A stretch of 63,659 nucleotides of DNA, the filler included. It is 9 parts of 9 records of this genome, joined end to end, with 100 filler letters (N's around TTAATTAATTAA, not from the genome) between each part and the next. Parts side by side here need not be neighbours in the genome. Positions count along the whole stretch, not along the records: positions 20,399 to 30,575 come from SRR7504441_9432; positions 30,676 to 38,432 come from SRR7504441_9436; 7 more parts are not named here. One strand, written 5' to 3'. Position numbers and translations under genes: made by a program. The notes under the pieces were generated by a model, which saw nothing but the letters and a program-made list of their open reading frames with translations, was not told the origin of the DNA and did no database searches. This document shows, one piece after another, positions 23,598 through 34,056 of this stretch. Within the stretch, counting starts at the first letter, position 1. Each line of letters starts with the position of its first letter.

Positions 23598-25352
23598 CTA
23601 GTACTTCAAATTCAACTTAGGTGGCTGTGAACTGGAGTTATGCATCCCGAAGAGCGATAAAAGCTTAGGGTAAACTGGCGAACCCAGGCCCGAAGCAGGA
23701 TCCCAACCAGATGCAGCGCCGAAAGCTTGATCACAGACCGACACGTTTAACCCCTGAAGAGAACAGGGATTTGAGCCGGTTACAATATCATTGCAGCAGC
23801 CTGCTGGTTCGGCTGCGTAGAGCGTCGGATTGACAAAACCAACCGGTGGGTGACCTAAGCTAATCCGCCTCGAGTTGATCAGCGAGAAGAACCCTGCAAC
23901 AGAAGGTGCTGCGGTGCTGGTGCCAAACTCATGCATCAAGCAGCCAGAGATGACAATCTCAAAGTTGGTCGAGGCCATGGCCAGATCTGGGTAGCCACGA
24001 CCCCATCTGTTGTATCCTGTAGGCGCTGCGCGGCCAATCTCGCTCTCGAGATATTCCCTCACTGCTCGCTCTTGGTATGCTGGCATGCGAAACTCGTTCG
24101 AAAAGCCGCCCCCAGCGGTATATCTGCCCCCCTGAGCAATGCTAGAAACCGTCTCAGTAAAGCCGCTTTCAGGGCCCATCGTTCCCCCAACTGATGTAAC
24201 GTAGGGCGACGAAGCCGGGAAAACCGGGGCGTATCGGCAGCTGGTGCTGCCGTGTCCTCCACAGACACCACCGTCCCCAGCGGCCACAAAGATTGAGACG
24301 CCACGCAGACCCAGCTTCATCGCCTCAATGTTAAAAGCGCGCATGGTCACATTTGGCAGCTGGCTCTCTGCGAGTCCATACGAGATCGAATGCACAAGTC
24401 CAATGTCGGATGTGCGATTTGCCACATCAATGATCCAGTCCTCTAAAGCAATGCTGAAGTTGTTGCTGTTTTTGTTGTACACGCGAGTGGGGACGCCCTG
24501 TGCAATTGCTGTGATATACTGCACATCCAGCGAAGCCTCTCCGCAAGCCCACATTGCGAGCCACTGCCAGTGCTTGTCCTGGCAATCATTATTCACACTG
24601 CAGTTTGCGTTAAATGTCGGGGACACGTTCTCAGGTTCAACCCCTCGCTTGAGCCCAAAGTGCCTCCTGAATGTCTCGAGGTCATCCGGGTCCCAAGTCT
24701 GCTGTTGCGAAAACACACCCTGGGTAACTCGATCGCTACCTCTCTCATCCTTCACACCATAAAACATGGAAAGCTTTCCAGGGGTCATCGTTCCGTTATA
24801 CGGCCCAACAGAAGCACGACCTGCCCTTGGCCCAACACTGGCCTCTGCCTGAATGGCTGCACCCAGTACTCCGATGACGTGCGGCTCTAACGTAGCAGGC
24901 ACAGCCATCTCATCGTAGCCTATCTGGACCTCGCCCCGTGCCCCTCTATATGCTTGGAAGTTCGCCGAGAAGAGCTGCCCAAGGCGCCGCACTGATCCTT
25001 CGACTACGACGTATTCACCGAAGGCAGTTTGGTCAACCACCTGCAGCCCGTGGGAGCGAGCCCAAGCTTGGGCGCCCCTCGTCGCTTCACGGTTGCTGAC
25101 GAGCTGCCCAATCTCCGTGGCGCTCCAGTAGGCTGCCCTGTGTGCACTCCCTGGAGTGCTCACGGACATCAGCGCGTCTTCCAGCACGTCCAAGTTCAGC
25201 TGCTTCACAGCAAGGACAACACGATGCGGTGTGTCTGGCTCCAGAGGCAACAGGAGGATCTTTGAGCTTGGAGGGTGCACACCGACGACGGCGCCACTCG
25301 CCAACAGCACGAGCCCCATGAGCGCGCGCACTGTGGCGATGCGGGAAGCCAT
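23598..25352 (-). CDS. Sedolisin/tripeptidyl-peptidase-1-like S53 serine peptidase (secreted, with propeptide)
   Basis: Signal peptide; GEASLDVQY (Glu/Asp), SISYG, AAGDGG, FPASSPYVTSVGGT, GRGYPDLA, GTSTAAP (Ser) and GWDPASGLGSP. Intronless. Confidence 0.95.
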   Translation of the reverse strand: MASRIATVRALMGLVLLASGAVVGVHPPSSKILLLPLEPDTPHRVVLAVKQLNLDVLEDALMSVSTPGSAHRAAYWSATEIGQLVSNREATRGAQAWARSHGLQVVDQTAFGEYVVVEGSVRRLGQLFSANFQAYRGARGEVQIGYDEMAVPATLEPHVIGVLGAAIQAEASVGPRAGRASVGPYNGTMTPGKLSMFYGVKDERGSDRVTQGVFSQQQTWDPDDLETFRRHFGLKRGVEPENVSPTFNANCSVNNDCQDKHWQWLAMWACGEASLDVQYITAIAQGVPTRVYNKNSNNFSIALEDWIIDVANRTSDIGLVHSISYGLAESQLPNVTMRAFNIEAMKLGLRGVSIFVAAGDGGVCGGHGSTSCRYAPVFPASSPYVTSVGGTMGPESGFTETVSSIAQGGRYTAGGGFSNEFRMPAYQERAVREYLESEIGRAAPTGYNRWGRGYPDLAMASTNFEIVISGCLMHEFGTSTAAPSVAGFFSLINSRRISLGHPPVGFVNPTLYAAEPAGCCNDIVTGSNPCSLQGLNVSVCDQAFGAASGWDPASGLGSPVYPKLLSLFGMHNSSSQPPKLNLKY

Positions 25353-25451
25353 GAGTTCCAGCGGGACGGCGGTAGCCGCGTAAATCCTCGCCACTCTTCC
25401 GTTGCTCAAGATCAGTTGTAACAGCGGCCCGCTGGGTTGGCGCGAGCTTCA

Positions 25452-26648
25452 ATGTTGCGGCACGAGCACGAGGTGGTCAAGCGGTTCTACACCGGGACCC
25501 CGAGCAACCCGGTGGTGACCGAGGTGGTCGAGAGGGTGGTCAAGAGCCCCAAAGCCACCCGCAAATACCGTCAGGGTGGCCCGGCCTCCCCCACCCGCGA
25601 GGTGGGCACCCCCCGGCATGCGCACGCGAGCGCTACCTCCCCGCACGCCCGATCGCCCTCCCCGCAGCAGCGGTACAGCTGCGATCCGCTCGACCTGCCG
25701 GAGCATCGGCCGACAAGCCACTTTGACCACTCTTATCACCAGTCTCAGAAGACCATGCGCGAGTCGCATCTGGAGGAGCGATGCTCCAGCCTCAAGTTCG
25801 AGCTCGAGTCCCTCAAAGGCGGCCAGAGCAAGTTCCAACGGCAGGCCGACGCGGCGCTCTCAAAGTGCGAGCGGATGGAGCGGGACCACGAGGCGATGGA
25901 GACTGAACAGGACGCCTTCGTCAAGCGGGCGGCCGATGCGGAGGACCGTCTGGCCAAGCTGGAGGACTCAGATGAGGCCAAGGCGCAGAAGCGGCTGGCC
26001 GAGCAGTTCCAGTCCAAGAGCCAGGAATGCACTGACCTGCGCGCCCAGCTGGCGGCTGTGCTGCAGGAGCGGGATGAGGCGCAAACCAAGCTGCAGAGCA
26101 TGAGTGGTGTGGTTAGGGTCACCCCCAAGTCGAGCAGGCCGGCCGTGTCGGTGCTGGTGGAGTCGCCCAAGTCATCGGGCAAGCCCAGCCTGGACGCCTT
26201 GCTCCGGGCCTTTGACAAACTAGATCGGGACAGCACTGGGTTCGCGCCGAGGCTCGACCTCCGTAAGGCGATTGATAAGTTTGATGGGGCCCAAACGCTG
26301 AGCGACGTGGTGCGGAGCCTGGATGTGATGGTGCTGGACCGGGAGGACTTTATCGAGATTGTCAACCAGTGGCTGGACGGTGGTAGTGCGCCTCAGGGCG
26401 CCAAACAGGCTAAGACTCTTCGTGAGTCGTGCAAATCGGCTCTGTACAAAGTATTTGAGGAGCTGGATGAGGACGAGACCGAGTTCGCGCCGCGGCTTGA
26501 CCTGCGCAAAGGGGTGGAGAAATATATTAGGACCTGTGCCGAGTGCAAGCAGCTGGCGGATTACATCAGGGCGCTTGATGTGATGATCGTGGAGAAGGAC
26601 GATTACGAAAAGTATGTGACCGACTGGATCGAGGGCACGCTCGAGTAG
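25452..26648 (+). CDS. Coiled-coil protein with a duplicated C-terminal EF-hand-like module
   Basis: Two copies: AFDKLDRDSTGFAPRLDLRK...LDVMVLDREDF and VFEELDEDETEFAPRLDLRK...LDVMIVEKDDY. Confidence 0.7.
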   Translation: MLRHEHEVVKRFYTGTPSNPVVTEVVERVVKSPKATRKYRQGGPASPTREVGTPRHAHASATSPHARSPSPQQRYSCDPLDLPEHRPTSHFDHSYHQSQKTMRESHLEERCSSLKFELESLKGGQSKFQRQADAALSKCERMERDHEAMETEQDAFVKRAADAEDRLAKLEDSDEAKAQKRLAEQFQSKSQECTDLRAQLAAVLQERDEAQTKLQSMSGVVRVTPKSSRPAVSVLVESPKSSGKPSLDALLRAFDKLDRDSTGFAPRLDLRKAIDKFDGAQTLSDVVRSLDVMVLDREDFIEIVNQWLDGGSAPQGAKQAKTLRESCKSALYKVFEELDEDETEFAPRLDLRKGVEKYIRTCAECKQLADYIRALDVMIVEKDDYEKYVTDWIEGTLE

Positions 26649-26899
26649 TCGGTGGCTGGTGCAGTGTGCGGACTCCCGTTTAGGCTCTCTGTTTAGAGAC
26701 ACTTGTGGACTTATTTATAGACCGTGGACAATGCTTCCATCTATGAGCCCCAAAATCAATCACTAATACTAAAGGACATTCATATATAGTGATCTGCGCG
26801 TGTGCATTTTCGCCAGCAGGCCTAAATGATATCCAGCCACTCCACGATTCGGATTAATTAATTACAATACATGATTGCAAGTTTAAAACTGGCTTGTCG

Positions 26900-27511
26900 C
26901 TACTCGAGCTGTTGCTGCCTAATTATGAATTGCTTGCACGAGTGCAGCTTGGCCTGCAGCTCCCCCCGCTGCTCCTCCAGCCGCCGGTTTTCCCTCTCGA
27001 CCTCCTCCACCCTCCCCTCCTGAACAGTCAGCCGACCGAGCAGCTGATCAAACTTGCCTACCATCGCCGCCGGGCTGGCCTCCGCCGCCCGCAGCACGCT
27101 CAGCTCCCGCTTGGCCTCGGCCAGCTCCGCTTGGATCGCCTCCAGCCGCCCGTCGTGGCGCTCCTCCGGTTTATTGATCCGCTCCAGCTCCGCAGGCGGC
27201 TCGGTCTCCTCCAGCGCCACCAGCGGCAGCCTGGCGCGCTCCGGGCGGGCTGGTCTGGCCTGAGGTCGGCGCACGACGACGCTGGTCTGCGGGCAGGCCA
27301 GCGCCTGGTGCAGGGCCGCCGTGAACTGGTGCACCTCGGCGTTGGCCATGGCGGCGACCGCGCTTGCGCAGTCTCGCATCGGCTGGCCTGTGAGTCCATG
27401 TGAGCGGAGCAGCGGGAGCAGCCGGCTGGTGAAGGCCTGCTGGTCGAACTGAGGCAGCGCCCCGAGCCCCGGTGGGTCCTCAAACACCCCAGCAAAAGGG
27501 TCGGCAGCCAT
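26900..27511 (-). CDS. Coiled-coil hypothetical protein
   Basis: The frame from ATG 27511 (MAADPF) carries heptad repeats and ends before an AT-rich intergenic tract. Confidence 0.55.
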   Translation of the reverse strand: MAADPFAGVFEDPPGLGALPQFDQQAFTSRLLPLLRSHGLTGQPMRDCASAVAAMANAEVHQFTAALHQALACPQTSVVVRRPQARPARPERARLPLVALEETEPPAELERINKPEERHDGRLEAIQAELAEAKRELSVLRAAEASPAAMVGKFDQLLGRLTVQEGRVEEVERENRRLEEQRGELQAKLHSCKQFIIRQQQLE

Positions 27512-27663
27512 GCGGTGCCGACTCTCAAAGAAACGGAAACTGTTTTTTGAGCCAGTGCTCTCGGGGAGGGGAGGCTGTTGGCCACCACCCGGTGACTCGG
27601 CGTGCCAGCAAACACCTGGAACCGCCGCCTTTTGACTTGCCACGCGCGCCGGGAGCTCCGGGC

Positions 27664-29884
27664 ATGCATCGGGAGCAGGCGGAGGCGGCGCTGGGGCCGC
27701 TGATCCAAGCTGTGGAAGACATCAGCCGCTACTTCTTCCAGACTGGAAAGATCATCGACCAGGTGGCCAGGGGCGCTCAGCCGGCCGGCGAGCCGGGCGC
27801 AGGCCGCGCTGGGCGACGAGGTGGAACATGAATGCCTGGGCGACCTGGTGCGGGGCGACCTGTGCACCGGCGTGGCCCAGCTGCTGCAGCACGGCCGGGC
27901 GGCCTCCTGGCCGTTCGCGCACATCTGGGAGCTGTGCGACGGGTCCCGGTTGAAGCAAGGTGCGCCCGGGGCCAGGCGCGCGGCGGCTGACGGGCCGCAG
28001 TTCGGATCACCACCTTCGGAGAGTTTTCCCTGGCCAAGGCGGTCAAGGCCATCTCCGGTTCCAGGATAGGACACTCCAAAGACATGTGCTTCCGGGGGTT
28101 GGTAGTCCTCGGACTAAAGTCAGTCGGCCGTCGGTTGCGAGGGCTCACCCGCCGGTTGCAGCATGGGCCTGCTGCACACTTGGCTCGGCGTGCTCGCCTC
28201 CCGAAGGCACGTGAATGCAAAGGTCTACGACTCCGGTGCCCCCTCCCTTGCACTGGCCCCAAGCCGGTCCAGGCGCGCTGATGCGCTCCGTGGTGGCGCT
28301 CGAGGTGGTAGGCGAGCAGCTTTCGCGGCTGCTGACGTTCCCATTCCGTCTGCTGGTCGAGCGGGAGCTCGAGACGGAGCCAGTGACCTCGGACCAGTTC
28401 TCGGTGGCTTCGGGGCGGGCCGGGGGCGCTGACGGGGGGCAGTGCGGCAACTTACTGGTCCCGTCCCCGGTGGACCGGCGCGAGTTTACGCTGCAGAAGC
28501 AGGCCGGCGTGTTCAACTCGCCGGTAGAACAGCTGATGGTTGGTGGCACCGAAGGCGTCTCCGTGTGGTGCCCGGGTTGTGACCCGCGCTGTGTTGACAT
28601 GGGGCAGGGCGCTGGCGTTTATCCGCGGTGGCGAGCTCAGAGTGTTAGACCTCGGCCGAGTGATCGACGTCGTGTCCCACGCGGACACAGACAAATCGAC
28701 CCAGACATTTGCCATCAGCTTCGGGCCTCGTGAGCGGGTGCGCGGGCTGTTGACTGGACCTGATTGGCGGTTAGACCGAGACGTTTGTTTGCGAGGAAAT
28801 GACGGCGTGCGTGCTCGCTCTGCACGAGCTGCTGTGGAGCTTCTCTCTGGTATGCGACCGGCGTGCTTGTTCTCACCCAGGCCACCAGATGCGCACGCCA
28901 CACCTCGTATCCCATAGAGAAGCATTGAATAAGCGATCCGTGGACACGATCCGGTTCTTCGTTCACCAGGTAGTCCCAACCGCCACCCCACCCTAACGGC
29001 ATCCAGGCCCGCAACTGGTACGCCAGCCATCTCGGGAGAGAGGAGCAGCCCGCTATCGAGCAGCCAGCTGCCCCAGTGAGTCCGCTACAGTTTGATCTGC
29101 CTACCCGTTGCCGCATGAACGAGACCACCGAGCAGTTGGAGCAGTTCTCCGATGACGAGCCCAACCTGCTGCTCACCACAGACCGGATTGCAGCGGTGAC
29201 AGGCCGGCTTGGGGCTGTGCTGACCGGTTTGTAGATCCAGAACGAACTGCCGCGCCGGCTGCAATCGCGGAACCTACTGCTGAGTTACACCACAGACGAG
29301 CATGGGTTCTCGCTAACGCACTTCTTGCAACGGACCAAAGACGTAGGCCAGACGTTGCTGCTAGTAAAGGACAGCAAGGACCACGTGAGGGCTGGAGTGG
29401 CAGAGGCCTGACCGGGCTGTCAGGTGTTTGGGGCGTTTGCCTCGGAGCACTGGCGAATCGAATCCGGTTTCTTTGGGACAGGCGAAATGTTTTTGTTTAA
29501 AATGGAACCCGGACCGATCACGGCTTACCCCTGGTGGGCACCGGCCTTTGACTGGTGAGAGCGGAGCGCAGGGTGCCGGGGTCGAATAGCTTTTACATGC
29601 AAGCCCAGCATCAGGGGATAGGGTTTGGTGGCGGGTGGGCCGGCCGGATGTGCCTGATGTGACGGAAGCGGCCAGGGCGGGAGGGTGCGGGCTGTGGCTG
29701 GACAGTCAGTTTAAGGACGGACGGTCCCAACGCTGTGCCACGTACGAGAATCCGATGCTGGCGGCGACAGAGGAATTCACCTGCATCAAGCTCGAGTGCT
29801 GGAGCTTTATCCGACCAGCCACGCATCGCCGCTCATACCAGTGAGCTGCTGGTGGAGGGCGGCCGGCTGACTGGGGACAGTTGA
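27664..29884 (+). CDS. RUN-domain + TLDc-domain protein (multi-exon)
   Basis: RUNDC1-like segments LGDLVRGDLCTGVAQLLQHG, AHIWEL and GLLHTWLGVL. TLDc motifs YTTDEHGFSL, LLLVKD..VFGAF, FFGTGEMFLF, GLWLD and CATYENPML. Introns include 29196-29234, 29385-29423, 29534-29571, 29635-29675 and 29841-29880. Confidence 0.75.
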
Positions 29885-30257
29885 TTGTTCCACTTCATGG
29901 GGATTGGGTTTTTACAGTAGCATATTTGACACTTTAGTGATTGTACAGTACTTTATCAAACTTGCTCAAACCCTGCTTTCATGATCATGCATGATTGTTC
30001 TGGTTGTTCTCATGACGTTAAACATCAATGTACATTAATTAAGGGTGTAAAGCGATCGAAGAGAAAAAACCTCAATGGATCCCGGCAGCGCGCTCCCCTC
30101 GCTTGGCGGCGCCAGTGAGGAATCATGCGGCTCCGATGGACCTTGATCCGGTTGCGCGGAATCGCGCCCGCACCCGCAGCATGCACGAGGAACTCGCGCC
30201 CCACGCTCCGAAACGATCACCGCCGCACGCTGGTCAGGACTCAGGACCCAGAGACAA

Positions 30258-30575
30258 TTTTTAATTTTTTTTTTGACTAACTAGCAGTTTATTCAAGTAA
30301 ACGTAGCATTAACCTAGGAGGATAAGATACAAACCCTCCAGTCCAAGAAAGACTCAACCTACTCTAGGGTGGGTGAGTCTGGAGTGTAGGCGCGTTATAT
30401 GCGAACTACACTATCAAGGGCGACGCGCTGTCATCCTTTCGAGAAGTTGTGGCTTCAGGGGTGAAGCCAGTTGGAGTTTTGGGACCAGGGGATCTGATCC
30501 TTTTTGCAGACCGAGCTGTAGCTCCCTGAGTGGCTTGCTGGGCTAAAGCCCTAGCAGCCAACAAGGAGGCAGTCC
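30258..30575 (-). mobile_element. Candidate 3' end of a poly(A)-tailed (non-LTR) retroelement or retrocopy
   Basis: On the minus strand: an open frame from the contig edge to TAG 30408-30406, a hairpin-rich tail, AATAAA (30293-30288), then A10-TT-A5 13 nt later. The contig breaks inside it. Confidence 0.45.
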
Positions 30576-30675
30576 NNNNNNNNNNNNNNNNNNNNNNNNN
30601 NNNNNNNNNNNNNNNNNNNTTAATTAATTAANNNNNNNNNNNNNNNNNNNNNNNNNNNNNNNNNNNNNNNNNNNN
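30576..30675. other. Artificial contig linker
   Basis: N44-TTAATTAATTAA-N44. Confidence 0.99.
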
Positions 30676-30815
30676 CGGCGTAGACATGCTCGCCAACGGA
30701 ACTCCATACTTAGAGCTCTAATCACATGTAATCATGCCGACATGGAACTAATTGGTTAATTGGGTGGCTCGTCCTGACTTTCTGATAAATGTACTTATGC
30801 CTCTTAAGTTAAACA

Positions 30816-32243
30816 TTAGATGCCTGGTAGCACCGAAAAGACGGTTTCTCCCGCGCTCGCATTGCGAGTATAGAGCAAGCCGATCGCGCCATCCTGCAGC
30901 ACAGCCAGAGAGCTATAATCAGCGAGACCGGCCCACACAGTGGTCGTCTGCGGCCAACTTCTGCCCCCATCGGAGCTCTGCCTGAGTACCATCCCGGTCC
31001 TTGGCTCGTTCCCGACCGCTCCTATCCCTCCCCCAAGAATTCCGCTATACAGCAGCCGGTGCTGCCCGGCCCGTGTGTAGCCGACCATCGATCCCTCACA
31101 GTTCACCTCAGGGAAGTCTGGCTCAGCTGCAAACGCCGGCTCCCAGCTGTTTGCTTGGTCCCGGCTCAGGGCAAACAGGTGAGTCCGGTTCAGGTGGTAG
31201 CTGTTGTCCCAGGCCCCATTGACTCGGATGCTGGTCAGCAGCGCCCCCCCAGGCAGCTCCGCTAGCTGGTTCTCTCCTGAGAAGCCCGGCTTAGTCACGT
31301 CCCCTCCTCGGTGCCAGGTTTGGCCAAAGTCGTCCGAGTACACAGCATACGACGCGTCGGTGCCCCCGGCCCCTGCGTTGTTGGCTTTGGCGTGGTGCGA
31401 CGGGCAAACCAGCCGTCCTGTGCTGGTCTGAATGCCGCCAGGCGGGCCTGTGTACACCAACGAGTACTCAGGATCGTCTGGAGGGATCGTCCCGTTGCTG
31501 ATATCGCGCGGGTCAGTCCAGTGCTCGCCCTCATCGTCCGAAGTGCTCACCAGCATCTTCTTCCCGTCCGACATATAAACCAGCACTGTGCGGTTCATCC
31601 ACCGATCATAGATGGGGCAGGCGTTGTCCACAGTGGTTGGCTTGCTGGCATCGTCCCCTGGGATGTACTGCACTGCGCCCCAGCTGGCGCCGTTGTCGCT
31701 GCTCCGCCGGAGGAGCAGGTCATTCCACGCATAGTCCCCGCCCGTCCCTCGTCGCGCCGTCGCGAACGCCATCAGAGTGCCAGAAGGGGTGGCCAGCAGC
31801 GCCGGGATCCGAACCATGGTGTACCGCGGGGTGCCTGCTGGGGCGGCCGGCGGGTGGATCGACGAGAACACCAGCGCCGCGGGGGCTGCCCGCTGCTGGC
31901 ACTGGGTGAGCTGCCCGACCAGCTCCGGGCGGGTGCAGTAGCACTCGGTGGCATAGTTTGTGTTGCTTGCGTTGGCAGCCACGCTCTCGGCGTAGCAGCG
32001 CCAGGCTAGCCGGAGCTGGCCCTTGGCCGGCGAGCCACGCCCGAGCCTGGCCACGTACCGCTCGGCTGGGCTGCAGGATCGGCCCTGGGCCAGCGCCGCG
32101 CACGGGCGGGTGCCGTCGCCGCTAGCCGGCGAGTTGCACCAGGCGTCGGCCGCAGCCTGGCACGAGTCCAGGGGTCCGGCGGCGTGCGCGAGCAGCCCGA
32201 GGCCGAGCGCGAGGCCCAGCCGTAGCGTCTGGTGTGCACTCAT
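30816..32243 (-). CDS. GH33 sialidase (BNR/Asp-box) with signal peptide and Cys-rich N-terminal module
   Basis: RIP motif (MVRIPALL); Asp-boxes SSDNGASW, SDDEGEHW, SDDFGQTW, SRDQANSW and SSDGGRSW; ADYSSL catalytic Tyr region. Intronless. Confidence 0.9.
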   Translation of the reverse strand: MSAHQTLRLGLALGLGLLAHAAGPLDSCQAAADAWCNSPASGDGTRPCAALAQGRSCSPAERYVARLGRGSPAKGQLRLAWRCYAESVAANASNTNYATECYCTRPELVGQLTQCQQRAAPAALVFSSIHPPAAPAGTPRYTMVRIPALLATPSGTLMAFATARRGTGGDYAWNDLLLRRSSDNGASWGAVQYIPGDDASKPTTVDNACPIYDRWMNRTVLVYMSDGKKMLVSTSDDEGEHWTDPRDISNGTIPPDDPEYSLVYTGPPGGIQTSTGRLVCPSHHAKANNAGAGGTDASYAVYSDDFGQTWHRGGDVTKPGFSGENQLAELPGGALLTSIRVNGAWDNSYHLNRTHLFALSRDQANSWEPAFAAEPDFPEVNCEGSMVGYTRAGQHRLLYSGILGGGIGAVGNEPRTGMVLRQSSDGGRSWPQTTTVWAGLADYSSLAVLQDGAIGLLYTRNASAGETVFSVLPGI

Positions 32244-32450
32244 CGCGCCAAGCAACCGTTGCTGATTCGAGAGCAGAATTCCCACGCTCTCCGGTTGTCA
32301 CGGTCTCAATGCTCAAGTTAGAATGCGAATTGAAGAATGCTTCTAGTTTTGAGCACTTCTATAAACTTTGGTGGTGAAGCACGTGCGCAAGATATATGAT
32401 GAGTCACGCCGCACCACACTGGAGGTTTTAAGAAAAATTACTTGTAGTAT

Positions 32451-33950
32451 TCATTTGGCGGATGAGCGCGCTCGCACGGGGCGATTTCTGGCCCCAGACC
32501 AACCCGTGCCTAATACGTGATCCTTTTCGACCTTTCCCAGCCACTGCAAAGCTGAGAGTACTTCGACTTGGTTGTGGCGAAGGCATGCCGGCCTGCCTCG
32601 CGAATCGAGAGTGGCCGAAGCCATAGTCCCCGCGCAGACATCAACCAAGTCTTGAATCCCCAAGTAGTGAGCCAGCGCCCGCAGCTCACCAGCGTGACTG
32701 GCCAGCTGCTCTGCGGTGGGTATGGTGTGGTAGTAGATCCAGTCCAACACTATGCCACACACGTTCCTTGAGAATTGCGGTATCCTGAGAGAGAAGCCCG
32801 AGTGCGAAGGCAGCAACAAAGCTTTGGCGAATTTAGTCTGCTCAAAGAGCACACTCGAGTGCGCTAGGGCAGAACCGTCTCCAGGTAAGACCACCGTGTC
32901 CAAGGTGCTATACTCCTCCATCCGTCCCAGCTCCACACAGGCGTTGGGAGGCGCGCTTGCATCGCCATCCCGTGGCTCCCACCGGAGCCCATCTGGCCCA
33001 CCCCAATTGAGCTGTTTAGCCTCCCACGCCGATTGAGCTGCCTTCTCTGCGTGAGCTTTCTCGCCGGTCGCAATGAGCTGACGAGCTTGCGATCCGGCGG
33101 CCTTGATCTTGGACACGACGCAAGCCTTGTTTCGTGCCACAAGCTTGCCTATGCTCCTCATGCTGGCAGTCCGAACGCCCACAGCATGGCGTGAGCTCCG
33201 TGATTGTGCGCTCCGTTGATTCCCCAACCTGAGCTCCGTGATCGTGCCGTTGTTCCTGACCGCCCTCCAGAGTGCGGCCATCCCGTCCCCAGAGATATGA
33301 TTGCTGCTCAGATCTAACGCCAGCAGCGGTGGCCCCGGGCTTGCCTCCAGGCAGCTGGCCAGGCTACCGCAACCGCTGTCTGTGATCCGGTTCGATCCAA
33401 GGTTCAACTCGACCAGACCAGTCGGGCTGAGCCCCGCCGCCCCGAGCGCCGCCGCCCCGAGGTCTCCGATGCCGTTGAACCCCAGCAGCAGCCGCTCTAG
33501 GCGCAGTCCGGCTTCGAGCGCCTTTGCCAGAAGCCGCGCTGAGCTGTCCGTGAGCCGCGTCTTGGTCAGGCCGAGTACCCTTACTGAGGCACCGGGGCCC
33601 AACAGCGGCTGCAGCGCCTCGAGTCCTGCATCTGTGAGCGGATTTGAGGTCAGCACCAGCTCCTGCAGCTCAGGCATGCGCTTCCCCGCCAGCACAGCGC
33701 ACGCCTCGGGGCCCAGGCTGTTGCACTTGAGGTCGAGCTTGACCAAACTCCGCAGGTGCCGGCTGGGCAGTCGAGCAATCAGTTTCCCGGCGGTGAGCTG
33801 GCTGCTCGAAAGGTCCAACTCGGACGGAGCCCAACCGATGGACACACCGCCAAGCGCGGCGGCGCGGGTCCGGGGGCGCTGCTGTCGCTGCGCTTGCACC
33901 GCGCCAGCCTCGAGCGCACTCGGCTCCGGGCCCGGCAGCTCCAAGTTCAT
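32451..33950 (-). CDS. RNI-like leucine-rich repeat protein with C-terminal BTB/POZ-like domain
   Basis: Repeated LxxLxLxxNxI(G/T)DxG; BTB-like ALAHSSVL...IVLDWIY...ELRALAHYLGIQDLVDVC. Confidence 0.8.
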   Translation of the reverse strand: MNLELPGPEPSALEAGAVQAQRQQRPRTRAAALGGVSIGWAPSELDLSSSQLTAGKLIARLPSRHLRSLVKLDLKCNSLGPEACAVLAGKRMPELQELVLTSNPLTDAGLEALQPLLGPGASVRVLGLTKTRLTDSSARLLAKALEAGLRLERLLLGFNGIGDLGAAALGAAGLSPTGLVELNLGSNRITDSGCGSLASCLEASPGPPLLALDLSSNHISGDGMAALWRAVRNNGTITELRLGNQRSAQSRSSRHAVGVRTASMRSIGKLVARNKACVVSKIKAAGSQARQLIATGEKAHAEKAAQSAWEAKQLNWGGPDGLRWEPRDGDASAPPNACVELGRMEEYSTLDTVVLPGDGSALAHSSVLFEQTKFAKALLLPSHSGFSLRIPQFSRNVCGIVLDWIYYHTIPTAEQLASHAGELRALAHYLGIQDLVDVCAGTMASATLDSRGRPACLRHNQVEVLSALQWLGKVEKDHVLGTGWSGARNRPVRARSSAK

Positions 33951-34056
33951 GCTGATCCAAAGTCCAAACTTCTGGCCTTTTCAAGACCGTTTCTTGAGCA
34001 TCATCTCCAGCGGCTGCACAGTGCCTGCGCTGGCACAGGCCTGGTGAGTCAGCCTG

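Noticed and set aside
30063-30257. GC-rich 190-nt tract ending in T6 on the minus strand, considered as SRP, U3, RNase P/MRP, U2 or telomerase RNA
   Set aside because: I could not find the diagnostic boxes (SRP GNRA helix 8, U3 boxes C/D, P4 helix, U2 branch-pairing region, telomere template). An Rfam scan is still worthwhile.
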